Part shown: positions 52,688 to 62,302 of the stretch, piece by piece
How the letters are laid out: each line of letters opens with the position of its first letter
How positions within the stretch are numbered: the stretch's first letter is position 1
Source of the DNA: an uncultured Chloroflexia bacterium
GTDB taxonomy: Bacteria; Chloroflexota; Chloroflexia; QHBQ01; JADMIH01
Direction: 5' to 3'
Assembly: GCA_963797095.1 (NCBI GenBank)
Contig: CAWCNY010000001.1
Span: 32,001-96,000, forward strand
DNA length: 64,000 nucleotides
Notes under the pieces: model-generated
Seen by the model: only the letters and a program-made list of their open reading frames with translations
Databases searched by the model: none
Told to the model about the DNA's origin: nothing
Program-made: the position numbers and the translations under genes

Positions 52688-54510
52688 TTACCGAAGTTGT
52701 TTTAGAGATGGGCTGCAACTCGGGAAGTAGGTGTTTGACACTATCTTCGATGTCTGACCTCTCGTGGCATTGTTGTTCGGGCGGAAGTAGGGGAGGTTGC
52801 CTGAGCCGCATGGCTCTCCCGGCCCTCCACATGGATATCCACTCATGATGCTACGCGTTACCAACCGGTATGTGTATGTGTAGTATGTGCTGCCTACAGG
52901 GATGTCCTCGAACTGCTGTCCGCTCGGGTTATCGGTGTACCCCGCCGCATTGGAATCAATCTTGGTGATTTGAGCTCTGGAAGCGTTGGCATTGGGGCGG
53001 AAGTAGGGGAGGTTGCCTGCTCCGCATGGCTCACCTGGCCCTCCACATGGGTAACCACCTATGTAGCCACGAGAGGCGAGCCTACCTATGAAGTCGAAGA
53101 AGGTAGAGCCGACCGGCACGTCCTCAAACATCTGGGTGGTCTGTGTGTCGGAGAAGCCTGCGGAATTGGAGACTACCTTGGAGAGTTGACCCCTGGTGAC
53201 AGGGTTGTTGGGGCGGAAGGTGCCATCGGAGTAGCCTGAGACGATGCCAAGGCAGGCAAGGCAGTGGCCGAATGGGTAGAAAGTGGAGCCTGACTGCACA
53301 TCTGAGAATTGGGTAGAGCAAGAGGCCAGGGGGTTATGCCAAATGCCAAAGTAATCGGACGGCTTACCACCTGCCGAGGTGAAGTTCCCTCCGACATACA
53401 CATCGCCTGTGCTGTTCTCGGTTATTGCATAGACGTAATTGCTCATACCACTGCCAAGGGGAGACCATGAGGTGCCGTTCCACCTGGCTATGTAATTCGT
53501 GCTTACCCCACCTGCTGTGGTGAAAGCCCCACCTGCATACAAATCGCCTGTGGTGCTGTTCATAGTTATTGCATCGACAGTGCTGTTCATGCCACTGCCA
53601 AGGGGAGACCATGAGGTGCCGTCCCACTTGGCTATGCGGTTGACCGTTGACCCACCTGCTGTGGTGAAAGCCCCACCGGCGTATACATCTCCTGTGCTGC
53701 TCACTGCAATGGCAAGGACACTGTCACTCACACCACTGCCGAGGGGAGACCAGGAACTACCGTTCCATTTAGCCATGTAGTTGGCACTTACCCCCCTGCT
53801 ATGGTGAATGTCCCACCAGCGTACACATCACCTGTGGCGCTCACCGCTATTGCAAGGACACTGCCGTTCATACCACTGCCGAGGGGGGACCACCCATCGC
53901 GATTCCATTTAGCTATGTAGTTGGCTGTCGACCCACCTGCTGTGGTGAATGTCCCTCCTATGTATAGATCGCCATCACTGCTCATTGCCATTGCATAGAC
54001 GGAACTGCTCACGGAAGCTGTGCCGAACCTGCCGTCCCAATTCTCATCACCTGCCACCTGTGGTTGTGGTGCCACGGTGCCCGAGCCTGGGCTTGTGCCT
54101 GGATCTTTGGTTGTACTCAAATTGGTTGTAGATGTGTTGGAGGTGGAGTGGACAAAGCGAGGAGGCATGCCTGGGTCGGAGATCATCTGCCAGCCCGTGG
54201 CATCGAGGCTGCCCTGGAGGCCGCTGCTCATGTTGAGCGTGCCGTCAGGGTTGAGTATGCTCTCCAGAGGGGTTGTTGGCTGCCCCAATCCGGGGTCCAA
54301 CTCATGGGCCTCGGCAGAGGCAGAGGCAGAGGCAGAGGCAGAGGCAGAGCCGGAGAGTGCAAGTGGCTGTGGTAGAGTAAGACCTATAGCCAGGAAGAGA
54401 ATTATACCGAGAGTGCTAAGATAGATGCCAGTGGTGAAATGGGTACCGGCCCGGATAAAAGAGATGCCAGATTTTAGTGGAGTTACAGGGGTTGCCGGTG
54501 CGCCGGGCAT
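52688..54510 (-). pseudogene. Surface protein: beta-propeller-type repeats plus three SLH domains; frameshift in a G6 run at 53791-53796
   Basis: YAGG.FT.AGG..N.IA.W.G..WSPLGSG repeats; SLH FRPNN..TRGQ with PCGGPGEPC inserts. Confidence 0.8.
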
Positions 54511-54749
54511 AATGAGAAGAGGAGGAGAAGGAGTGTGCGGCGCGCGGGCACAGACCGTTGCTCTTCCTGGAAAATATCAAGGAAAGAGCGCGGAGATATC
54601 GCGAGGTCTGCTCCAATAATGGATACCGGATTATACATCCGATCCAGAAATGTTGCAGAGAGTTAGAGGTATCGGAACAAAGCTGATGCCAGAACCAGTG
54701 GGAGCCTCGCCTTCGTCCTCACACTGCTTATGGTGTTGTTGTTCAGGGT

Positions 54750-55625
54750 CTATCTTCTGAAGAGCTTGCCTATGGACCTGAGCACCAGGAGGCCAAAGGC
54801 CGCCGCACCTGCGAAGACGGCGTAGCCGCGCCAGGTGGGAGGCGGCTCTACTACATCGCCGCTGGGTGGGACATAGGAGCGCATGCGCCACCAGAGGCGG
54901 ATGATCTCTCTGAAGGCCCTGAATACCACCTTTAGGTTCGCGCCCGACTGCTCGCCTTCCATGCGTGGGTAGTGGTTGACGCCTACCTGGGTGAGGCTGC
55001 GGCCCTGGGCCTTGGCTTTGGCGAGTATCTCAGTGTTGATGAGCGCACCCGGCGACTCCAGGTTGATCCCTTTGAGCACATCGGCGTGCATGATCTTGAA
55101 GGCGCAATCTATGTCGCGCACCTGGATATCGAACATGAGCCTGACGGCCATGCCGAAGATGGCGGCGTTGAGGAGGCGGTGGGCAGGGTCGTTGCGCTTG
55201 ATGCGGTAGCCCGCCACGATGTCGTACTCTTGGACGTAGGGCGTGAGGTTGTGGATGTCGTTGATGTCGAACTGGCGGTCGGAGTCCATGAACATGATGT
55301 AGTCGCCGGTGGCGGCGTTGAAGCCGCTGGTGAGGGCCGCGCCGTATCCGCGATTGACGGGGTGATTTACAACTACTACGTGGGGGTTCTCGTTCTCCAG
55401 CTCGCGTGCGATCTCAAGCGTGCGGTCTTTGGAGCCATCGTTTACTACGATCACTTCGTAGTCGGCGAAGGCGGTTGGAAGCACACGTGCGGCTTCCTCT
55501 ACTACCGCCCTGATGTTTGGCTCTTCGTTGTGGGCGGGGAGCACCAGCGACAGTTTCCCTGGCACTTTGTCGCTGTCATCTGATGTTACGCTTTCTGTTT
55601 CAGTACGTTCCAGAGTCTGGGCCAC
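54750..55625 (-). CDS. GT2 family glycosyltransferase (DPM-synthase-like)
   Basis: LPAHNEE, VNDGSKD, NRGYG, FMDSD, DIDCAFK. Confidence 0.92.
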   Translation of the reverse strand: MAQTLERTETESVTSDDSDKVPGKLSLVLPAHNEEPNIRAVVEEAARVLPTAFADYEVIVVNDGSKDRTLEIARELENENPHVVVVNHPVNRGYGAALTSGFNAATGDYIMFMDSDRQFDINDIHNLTPYVQEYDIVAGYRIKRNDPAHRLLNAAIFGMAVRLMFDIQVRDIDCAFKIMHADVLKGINLESPGALINTEILAKAKAQGRSLTQVGVNHYPRMEGEQSGANLKVVFRAFREIIRLWWRMRSYVPPSGDVVEPPPTWRGYAVFAGAAAFGLLVLRSIGKLFRR

Positions 55626-55737
55626 ATTGCCTCCGTTTGCGATACGCGATAAGTGATACATGACTATAAGCAGTCACGATTTAGATACCGAATAAGTTAC
55701 ACCATCCTGATAAGTGTATCGCATAGGAGTATGAGCG

Positions 55738-56223
55738 TCAAGAGTTTTGAGGTGACGGCACCGGCTTGCCGTAGCACAGGCTGTGGGGGTCGCCTGCATA
55801 CTGCCCGTAGCAGGGGATGGGGCTGTAGCCCTCGCTGATGTAGAGGCCGATTGCCTCAGTTTGGTTGACACCGGTTTCGAGCTTCAGTGTTGTGTAGCCG
55901 AATGATGCCGCCAGCAATTCCAGCTTGTGCAAGATCAACCTGGAGATACCCTGGCCGCGCATTTCGGGGATGACAAACATGCGCTTGACTTCCACGCTTG
56001 GCGGGTCGCCGGCAAAGGGCTTGATCGCACCGCAGCCCACCGGCTTGTTGTCTATACGAGCCACTAAGAAGGCGGCGCGCGGGGTCTTCACATCATCGGG
56101 CGAGAATGCTCCCGCCCCGTCACGACCGTACTGGCCGCCTAGCTCGGCGGTGAGCTGGCGTATAAGCTCCTGGGCGTCGGGGTGGGTGGCATCTTCAATA
56201 GTTATGGTAAGTCTGTCTATCAT
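55738..56223 (-). CDS. GNAT acetyltransferase
   Basis: VGCGA, EVKRMFV..RGQG, LETG..Q.EAI.LY. Confidence 0.9.
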   Translation of the reverse strand: MIDRLTITIEDATHPDAQELIRQLTAELGGQYGRDGAGAFSPDDVKTPRAAFLVARIDNKPVGCGAIKPFAGDPPSVEVKRMFVIPEMRGQGISRLILHKLELLAASFGYTTLKLETGVNQTEAIGLYISEGYSPIPCYGQYAGDPHSLCYGKPVPSPQNS

Positions 56224-56248
56224 GGCTTCCCTACAGCCGTCTCTATTG

Positions 56249-56629
56249 CTACACCGCGCCTTTGATCCAGTTTATGATGGTGCGCGCACCATCTATTGCG
56301 ACCGTTATCAGGTCGATACGCCAACTGGCGCTTTCGGGGTCGATGCCGGTCTCCTCTAAATAGGCGTACGCGGTGGCTGCCATGCTTGCCGCTTTCCTGA
56401 TTGAGATCGACTCCTCGGCAAGACCCTCCCGTCCATGCCGTGTGCGCACCTCCACGAAGGCAAGTGTTTCACCGCCCTCTTCAGAGGGGCATAGAGCCAC
56501 GATATCTATTTCGCCCGGGTGGGCGTGCCAGTTTCGCTCTACAATTGCGCAGCCCTCGCTTATCAGGTAGCGGGTGGCTCTCTCCTCGCCTTTGTCGCCT
56601 GTCGCGCTTCTTTCTTCATGCGACAACAA
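56249..56629 (-). CDS. YraN family protein
   Basis: G..GE..A..YL, RNW...GEIDIV, FVEVRTR. Confidence 0.9.
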   Translation of the reverse strand: MLSHEERSATGDKGEERATRYLISEGCAIVERNWHAHPGEIDIVALCPSEEGGETLAFVEVRTRHGREGLAEESISIRKAASMAATAYAYLEETGIDPESASWRIDLITVAIDGARTIINWIKGAV

Positions 56630-57350
56630 GTTCCTCCTCGATAAATTCCTGCGATCCGGCTGGGATTTCGGTGAGCATGCCGAACCGGCCGAGCATCGCC
56701 GCCTTGATCGGTGCGAAGGATTTTCTGTGAACGGGAGCTACTCCAAGCAGCTTTATGGAGTCGCTATGGAGGCGGGTGCCGTATCCTTTGTGCTGTGCGA
56801 ATCCCCAACCGGGATGGGTCTCTTCCATCTCGCACATGATAGCGTCTCGCGTTACCTTCGCCACGACCGACGCCGCCGCGATGGACATACACGCTGCGTC
56901 GCCCCTGATTATGGCTTTTTGCGGGAGTTTCACCCCTGGGAGCCTGAAGGCATCAAGGAGAAGGTGGTCGGGTTGGACGCCGAGCGAGCGCAAGGCCCGC
57001 GCCCAAGCCAACCTGTTGGCCGGACCGATCCCGATCACATCGATCAGCGCGTTGGAGACTATCCCCACGCCCACAGCGAGAGCTACGCCTTTGATCAGGG
57101 AGAGCAGCCGCTCGCGGGTGTGGGGTGTGAGCATTTTGCTGTCGCGTAACTCTGCAAGGCTCTCACTTAGCTCAGGTGTATGCGCCAGCTGATCGGGGCG
57201 TGGGAGCACGACGGCCCCCGCGACTAGCGGACCTGCCCAGGCCCCGCGCCCGGCCTCATCTACGCCCGCTATCAGGAGATGCCCTTTCGCGTAAAGCTCA
57301 TGCTCGAAATCCCAGCTTGGGAATATGCGCCTGGTCGCGATCCTCTCCAT
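56616..57350 (-). CDS. rnhB: Ribonuclease HII
   Basis: GVDEAGRG, DSK, SIAAASVVAKVTRD, HKGYGT..H, HRKSF. Confidence 0.95.
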   Translation of the reverse strand: MERIATRRIFPSWDFEHELYAKGHLLIAGVDEAGRGAWAGPLVAGAVVLPRPDQLAHTPELSESLAELRDSKMLTPHTRERLLSLIKGVALAVGVGIVSNALIDVIGIGPANRLAWARALRSLGVQPDHLLLDAFRLPGVKLPQKAIIRGDAACMSIAAASVVAKVTRDAIMCEMEETHPGWGFAQHKGYGTRLHSDSIKLLGVAPVHRKSFAPIKAAMLGRFGMLTEIPAGSQEFIEEELVVA

Positions 57351-57441
57351 AAATCGTATTGTACCAGAGCGACCGGCTAAAGGACGGGTTTTCAACAGAG
57401 CACGCGGAGCACGCGGAGCGCGATCCGACCTGGCCGCCGGT

Positions 57442-58687
57442 CTATTTTCGTCCGAAGATCTTCAGCGCCCTCATGATCCGCCCGGACTCGAGCCGGTTTA
57501 TGAGTGATTCGAGGTATTCGATGTGCCGGTTTTTCTCACTAATGATCTCGGTGAGCTTGGCATTCTCAACCATCAGGTGCTCGGTGTCGTTTGTTTCCTC
57601 AAGAGCATTGTTCTCCCACGACCCTCCTAAGGTGTGGAAAAGCGGCTCGAAGGCCGGCACTGCCTCCAACTGCTGCCACCCCTCTTCCCCCACTGTGTCG
57701 TTCTTGCGGAACGGCACCAGTTGCTCGAAATAGTTCGCGACGGCGCTATAGTCGCGGCGACCCACGCCTTTGGCCCATGTCATGATGTTGTAGTGGGTGC
57801 CCAGGTTATATAGATCAACGGTTTGCTTTTTCACCTGCGGGTCCTGTTCCCACAGGGCCCGGAATAGAGGCGGGATCACCTCGGATGGCCCGTCAACAAA
57901 CTTCCTGCCGAAGAAGAAAACCCCCGCCGCCACTTTCAACGCTCCCTCCTCTGTGAAAAGAGCATCGTAAGCTCGCAGGGGTTGAGCGAGCACCTTATGT
58001 AGCAGCATCCGGTAAGCCTGCACATGAGGGTCGGGATCGTTTTCCATCTGTTGCAGGTAGGTTACAAGGTTCATTTGGAGCGCAAACGAGGGCATCTGGT
58101 ATGGCGCGACACCAGTTCTTATCTTCTCGAATTGGGCGAACGCCTGCTCTAACCCTTGCTCGCTGGCGTTAAAAGTAGTGGTGAGGGTAGCCGTGGTAGG
58201 CGAATACGAAGTTGCAGTCTCCGTATACGTAGCCGCCATTGCGCAAGGCATTGAACATTTCCTGGGCCGCAAGGAACGGCTGGCGAAGGTGCTCGATCAC
58301 GGCGAGCGAGAAGATGAAATCGAATACACCTGGGCGGAAGGGCAGGGCATGTGCGTCGCCCACTACATCCACGTAGGGAGTTAGGGTCACGTCCATGCGG
58401 ATGACGTTCGGGAGGTCTTGCTTTTGGTTGCCCGCTCCCAGGTTGAGGATTATAGCGCTCCTGGGTAGGGATCTAATAACGAGCGGGGGAATCCAGAGAC
58501 CGTAGTCTGTTCGCACTTCCAACTCGTGCTGGTATTCGGTCTCGGGAACCGAGCCGTCGGGCAGAAGCACCGGGACACCATTTACGATGGGATAGGCGCG
58601 CTCGCACGATTGGCATATGAGCTTATCGCCCTCTCTCAGCAGGTCTCCCTTACATACGGGGCAGGCTAAGATAGTGTACAGGTCCAT
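57442..58687 (-). pseudogene. Trm112-like domain plus SAM methyltransferase with coiled-coil tail; frameshift in a T4 run at ~58171
   Basis: LACPVCKG..C..C..YPI; LNLGAG, GDAHALPF, YHGYPHHYF | NASEQGL in the next frame. Confidence 0.75.
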
Positions 58688-58758
58688 TACTCCTCCCCAA
58701 CATGCACAGAAGCCGCAGAACCATAATTGTTCCTGCGGCTTCTCCTGGAAAGCTGTTG

Positions 58759-59352
58759 CTATCCTTTTACTTCGCCGGCCTCTTCGGCCTCTTCATCGTC
58801 GCCAGCTTCGTCGTACTCTTCTTCGTCGGCGTCGGCCTCCGACTCGACCTCATCTGTCTCGTCGTAATCTTCGGCGTTATCGTACTCCTCGGCCTCCTCG
58901 GCTTCTTCGTACTCATCTTCCGCCTCGGGCCTCAGCTCCTCCGCTTCTACAGTGGCAGCAAGCGCGCCGCGCTTGCCTTTGCCATCAGCGGACGGCCTGT
59001 AGCGGCGCTCTTTGATGCGCGCGGCTTTACCTGTCAGACCGCGCAGGTAATACAACTGAGCGCGGCGCACTACGCCACGGCGTACGACCTCGATCTTGTC
59101 GATGCGGGGGGAGTTGAGGAGGAATGTGCGCTCGACGCCGATCCCGTGGGAGGCGATGCGGCGTACCGTGAAGTTGGCGTTAATCCCACCGCTTCTGCGG
59201 CGCATGACAACACCCTCGAACACCTGGATACGCTCGCGGTTTCCCTCAACCACCTTTACGCTCACACGTACGGTGTCACCTACGCCGAACTCGGGCACGG
59301 ACGCTTTCAACATGGCGGACGTGACCGCATTTATCGCCTGGGTGGGTTTCAT
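58759..59352 (-). CDS. rplS: 50S ribosomal protein L19 with long acidic C-terminal extension
   Basis: [34 protein letters not shown]; rplS-rnhB-yraN synteny. Confidence 0.95.
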   Translation of the reverse strand: MKPTQAINAVTSAMLKASVPEFGVGDTVRVSVKVVEGNRERIQVFEGVVMRRRSGGINANFTVRRIASHGIGVERTFLLNSPRIDKIEVVRRGVVRRAQLYYLRGLTGKAARIKERRYRPSADGKGKRGALAATVEAEELRPEAEDEYEEAEEAEEYDNAEDYDETDEVESEADADEEEYDEAGDDEEAEEAGEVKG

Positions 59353-59485
59353 TTCTTCCGGTTCTCCTATGTATCGCTTTTGCAAGCCCTCTTTTTAGGC
59401 GCGAAGGTAATTATAACACAAGCCAGGGCTGCTTGCAACGGCTTTAGAGCGAACGCAGGGTTTATTCATTCTCGCCTGGAGCGAG

Positions 59486-59700
59486 GGAGAGACCCCTCAC
59501 CCCCTGCCCCCCGCCTCCTTCGTCGGCACCCCTTCGTCGGCACCCCTTCGTCGGCACCCCGTATTCGGGGAGAGGGGAGAGTAGAAAGAAGATGAGAGTT
59601 GGGGGTGTCCCCCCAAACCCCCCGGCAGGCAGTTGCGCCTGCACCCCCTTTTGCAGGAACCTACCCCTGAAAGCGGTAGGGGAGAACCCCTGCACCCCTA
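59486..59700. repeat. Palindrome-rich intergenic repeat (copy B) with TTCGTCGGCACCCC x3
   Basis: Similarity to 50640-50780; internal 14-mer triplication. Confidence 0.6.
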
Positions 59701-59767
59701 TCGTGAATGAATAGACCGTGGAGCGAATGAAACGCGCGATACCTATTATATATGCAGTGCTCTTCAA

Positions 59768-60610
59768 TTACTCTATGACTATTTCCCGGCGCGACGAGAG
59801 CCACCATACCACCCCGATAATGGTTGTAGCGTATGCAGACACTACCAGCAGGGATGCTCGCGCTACCGTGTCGGGTTGCGTGTCGGTCGCGAAGTGGAGC
59901 GCGCCCACCAGCGGCGCTAGGAGGGGAGGTATCACCTCCACGAATGGCCTCAGGTTTTCAATGGGGAAAGTGCGTGGGTCAAACGCCATGACGCCAAGCG
60001 TAATCACGGCCAGCACCAGCAGCCTTACGCCGAACGGTGACACGAAGTTAGCAACCAGCGCCATCAACCCCACCATGCAGGCCAGCCCCACCGCCACAGG
60101 CAGAATGCCTCTCAGGAGCGTGCTCAGGTCGAGCCACTGTACATTATTTACCGGCGCGAGCACCGAATACCTGATGAATACGGCGAGGGCTGCCAGCCCG
60201 AAGGTTAAGATGCCTACGATCCAAGCCGACAGCAACCCCGCCGCCACATATGTGCTCTTACTCACTCGTCGCGCCAGGATCGGGTAGGTGTGGGGATGGT
60301 TTGCTCGCGAGAAGATGCCTGCCGTGTCGAGGGCCGCCAGCACCAGCGTCGAAAGGTATGTTACTGAGAAGAAGGCTCCACGGTCGGGTGCGCTGCCGAA
60401 AGAGAGGAGATGGGCGATGCCCACGCCGACTATGTTCAGCCAGATCCACGGACTGCGAGCGAAATCCTTCAGAATGAAGGTCGTCAGAGTGGCGAATATC
60501 GAGGTTCCACGCAGCCAATCAGGCACATATACCGGCTGTTTGAACGGGCGCTCGATCTGCCCGCCCTGGGCTGTGCCTTCCAACATGCTAGATGGAGTTC
60601 TCATGCCCAT
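59768..60610 (-). CDS. ABC-2 type permease
   Basis: About six TM helices; overlaps the ABC ATPase gene. Confidence 0.75.
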   Translation of the reverse strand: MGMRTPSSMLEGTAQGGQIERPFKQPVYVPDWLRGTSIFATLTTFILKDFARSPWIWLNIVGVGIAHLLSFGSAPDRGAFFSVTYLSTLVLAALDTAGIFSRANHPHTYPILARRVSKSTYVAAGLLSAWIVGILTFGLAALAVFIRYSVLAPVNNVQWLDLSTLLRGILPVAVGLACMVGLMALVANFVSPFGVRLLVLAVITLGVMAFDPRTFPIENLRPFVEVIPPLLAPLVGALHFATDTQPDTVARASLLVVSAYATTIIGVVWWLSSRREIVIE

Positions 60611-61886
60611 TGGCAGGTGTCCCTTCTTCTGATACGTGGAGTGGCCTTGTAAAACGGCTATCCAGGGGGCCGGTCATTGCCCCGGTGCTCGTGTTCGTGT
60701 GTCCCTCGTGCTCGGGTGTGGTCAGAGGCCCGGTGACGAGTGGGCCTGTAATCAACGGGCCGGTTGGTGTGATCCCTGTTTGGGCCTGCATCACCGGTGA
60801 CAATGTTTGCGCGTAGATGCTTTCCAGGTCCTTCCTCTCCGTATATACCGAGATCACGTCCCAGCCTGCTTCCACCAGCATCTTCAAGGCCGAGGCCTTG
60901 ATCCCCTGCGCGTTCAATATCGCCCCGCCTGAGGGGAGGCTGACAATCAGAGGGCCGGACGGTTGGCTGTTCGTGACGGTGACGAATGGGTGGAGGTTCT
61001 TGAGGGCGCTCAGCAGGTGCGGCAAACGTTCGGGCACATCCTCCCTGGGCACCGCCACGATAATGGTGCGTGGGCTGTTCTCCACGACCGCCTGCAAGAT
61101 CAGCTTGCCCGCTTTCAGCACGCCTACGGTATCGCAGGCGCGTTCTACTTCGGTTACTTTGTGTGAGGCCATTAATATGGTGGAGCCGCGACGTTTGCAT
61201 TGGAGCAATATGTCGCGCATAGCTATCTGCCCTCCACGTTCGAGGTGCGCCGAAGGCTCGTCTAGTATCAGCAGGTCGGGGAAGTGGTCCCCTGCCCCTA
61301 CCAGAGCCACCGCCAGGCCCAACCGGTGGAGCATCTCAGGTGTGTAATAGGCGATGCGTCTCTTGATCCAGGCCTGCGCCGCTACTATTTCGACTGCCCG
61401 CGCTGCCGACGCGCGCGCGTTGCGCCGGGTGAGGCCGCACAACCTTGCCTGGAAGCGCAGGTATTCCCAGCCTGTGAAGTTCGGGTGGAAATAGGGGTGC
61501 TCGGCCAGGTAGCCTATCCTGCCTCGCGCTTCTACCATTTCTCCCGGCTCGTCGGCCCCAAATACCGACACTTTGCCTTCATCGGGGCGCAAGAAACCGA
61601 GCACAAGCCTCAATAAAGTGGATTTACCGGAGCCGGTTGGCCCGAGCAATCCGAACACTTCTCCGGCTCGTACTGTAATAGAGACGTTACGCAAAGCGTA
61701 TATGTCTTTGAAGTGTTTGTTTACCGAACTCAGATCTATAACCGGCACGGGAGCCGCGACAGGCTCGCCATTCGGCTCGGTGGAGATGGTGTCTGCTTCA
61801 AATTGCGATGGCACCCGGCCATTGAGGCTGCCGGCAGGTCGCGTAATCAAGCCGTTTTGTGGATACTGTTCTGTCTCCCCAATCAT
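60588..61886 (-). CDS. ABC transporter ATP-binding protein
   Basis: GPTGSGKS, LLILDEP, SH motif; degenerate signature motif. Confidence 0.88.
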   Translation of the reverse strand: MIGETEQYPQNGLITRPAGSLNGRVPSQFEADTISTEPNGEPVAAPVPVIDLSSVNKHFKDIYALRNVSITVRAGEVFGLLGPTGSGKSTLLRLVLGFLRPDEGKVSVFGADEPGEMVEARGRIGYLAEHPYFHPNFTGWEYLRFQARLCGLTRRNARASAARAVEIVAAQAWIKRRIAYYTPEMLHRLGLAVALVGAGDHFPDLLILDEPSAHLERGGQIAMRDILLQCKRRGSTILMASHKVTEVERACDTVGVLKAGKLILQAVVENSPRTIIVAVPREDVPERLPHLLSALKNLHPFVTVTNSQPSGPLIVSLPSGGAILNAQGIKASALKMLVEAGWDVISVYTERKDLESIYAQTLSPVMQAQTGITPTGPLITGPLVTGPLTTPEHEGHTNTSTGAMTGPLDSRFTRPLHVSEEGTPANGHENSI

Positions 61887-62302
61887 AGGAGTATTATAGC
61901 ATGGAGGCAGCGGGAAGGCAGTGCCTGGCGCTCAGATCGGGGTGCCGGAGGTACGAAGAGCTTTGAAAGCTGCCCGATGGCGATTCATACCTGGGACCGA
62001 GGAGAAAGATCAGACTTAAGTACCATTGGCACGCGGCTTGCTTAACTGGTACAATAGTATTGGGAACAAGGGGGAGAGTCCTATTGCTTGTATTGGAGTC
62101 ACTTTCCACGAGAAGCTACTCCACATCAATACGGTCCTAGCAACCGCCAACTATCCTAGATCGTTCTATATATAGAACGCCCACCCCATATGCCGCCCTA
62201 TATATTATGGGGGGCGCGTTCGCCTTAGCTCTATGGAAAGCTTAGGTATGTATCTAACTTGTTTTGATATGATTGTAAATATAAGGTGCAAGGACATCAC
62301 GA

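Noticed and set aside
53380-54000. Regularly spaced ~160-bp DNA repeats
   Set aside because: Coding repeats of the beta-propeller surface protein, not an array.
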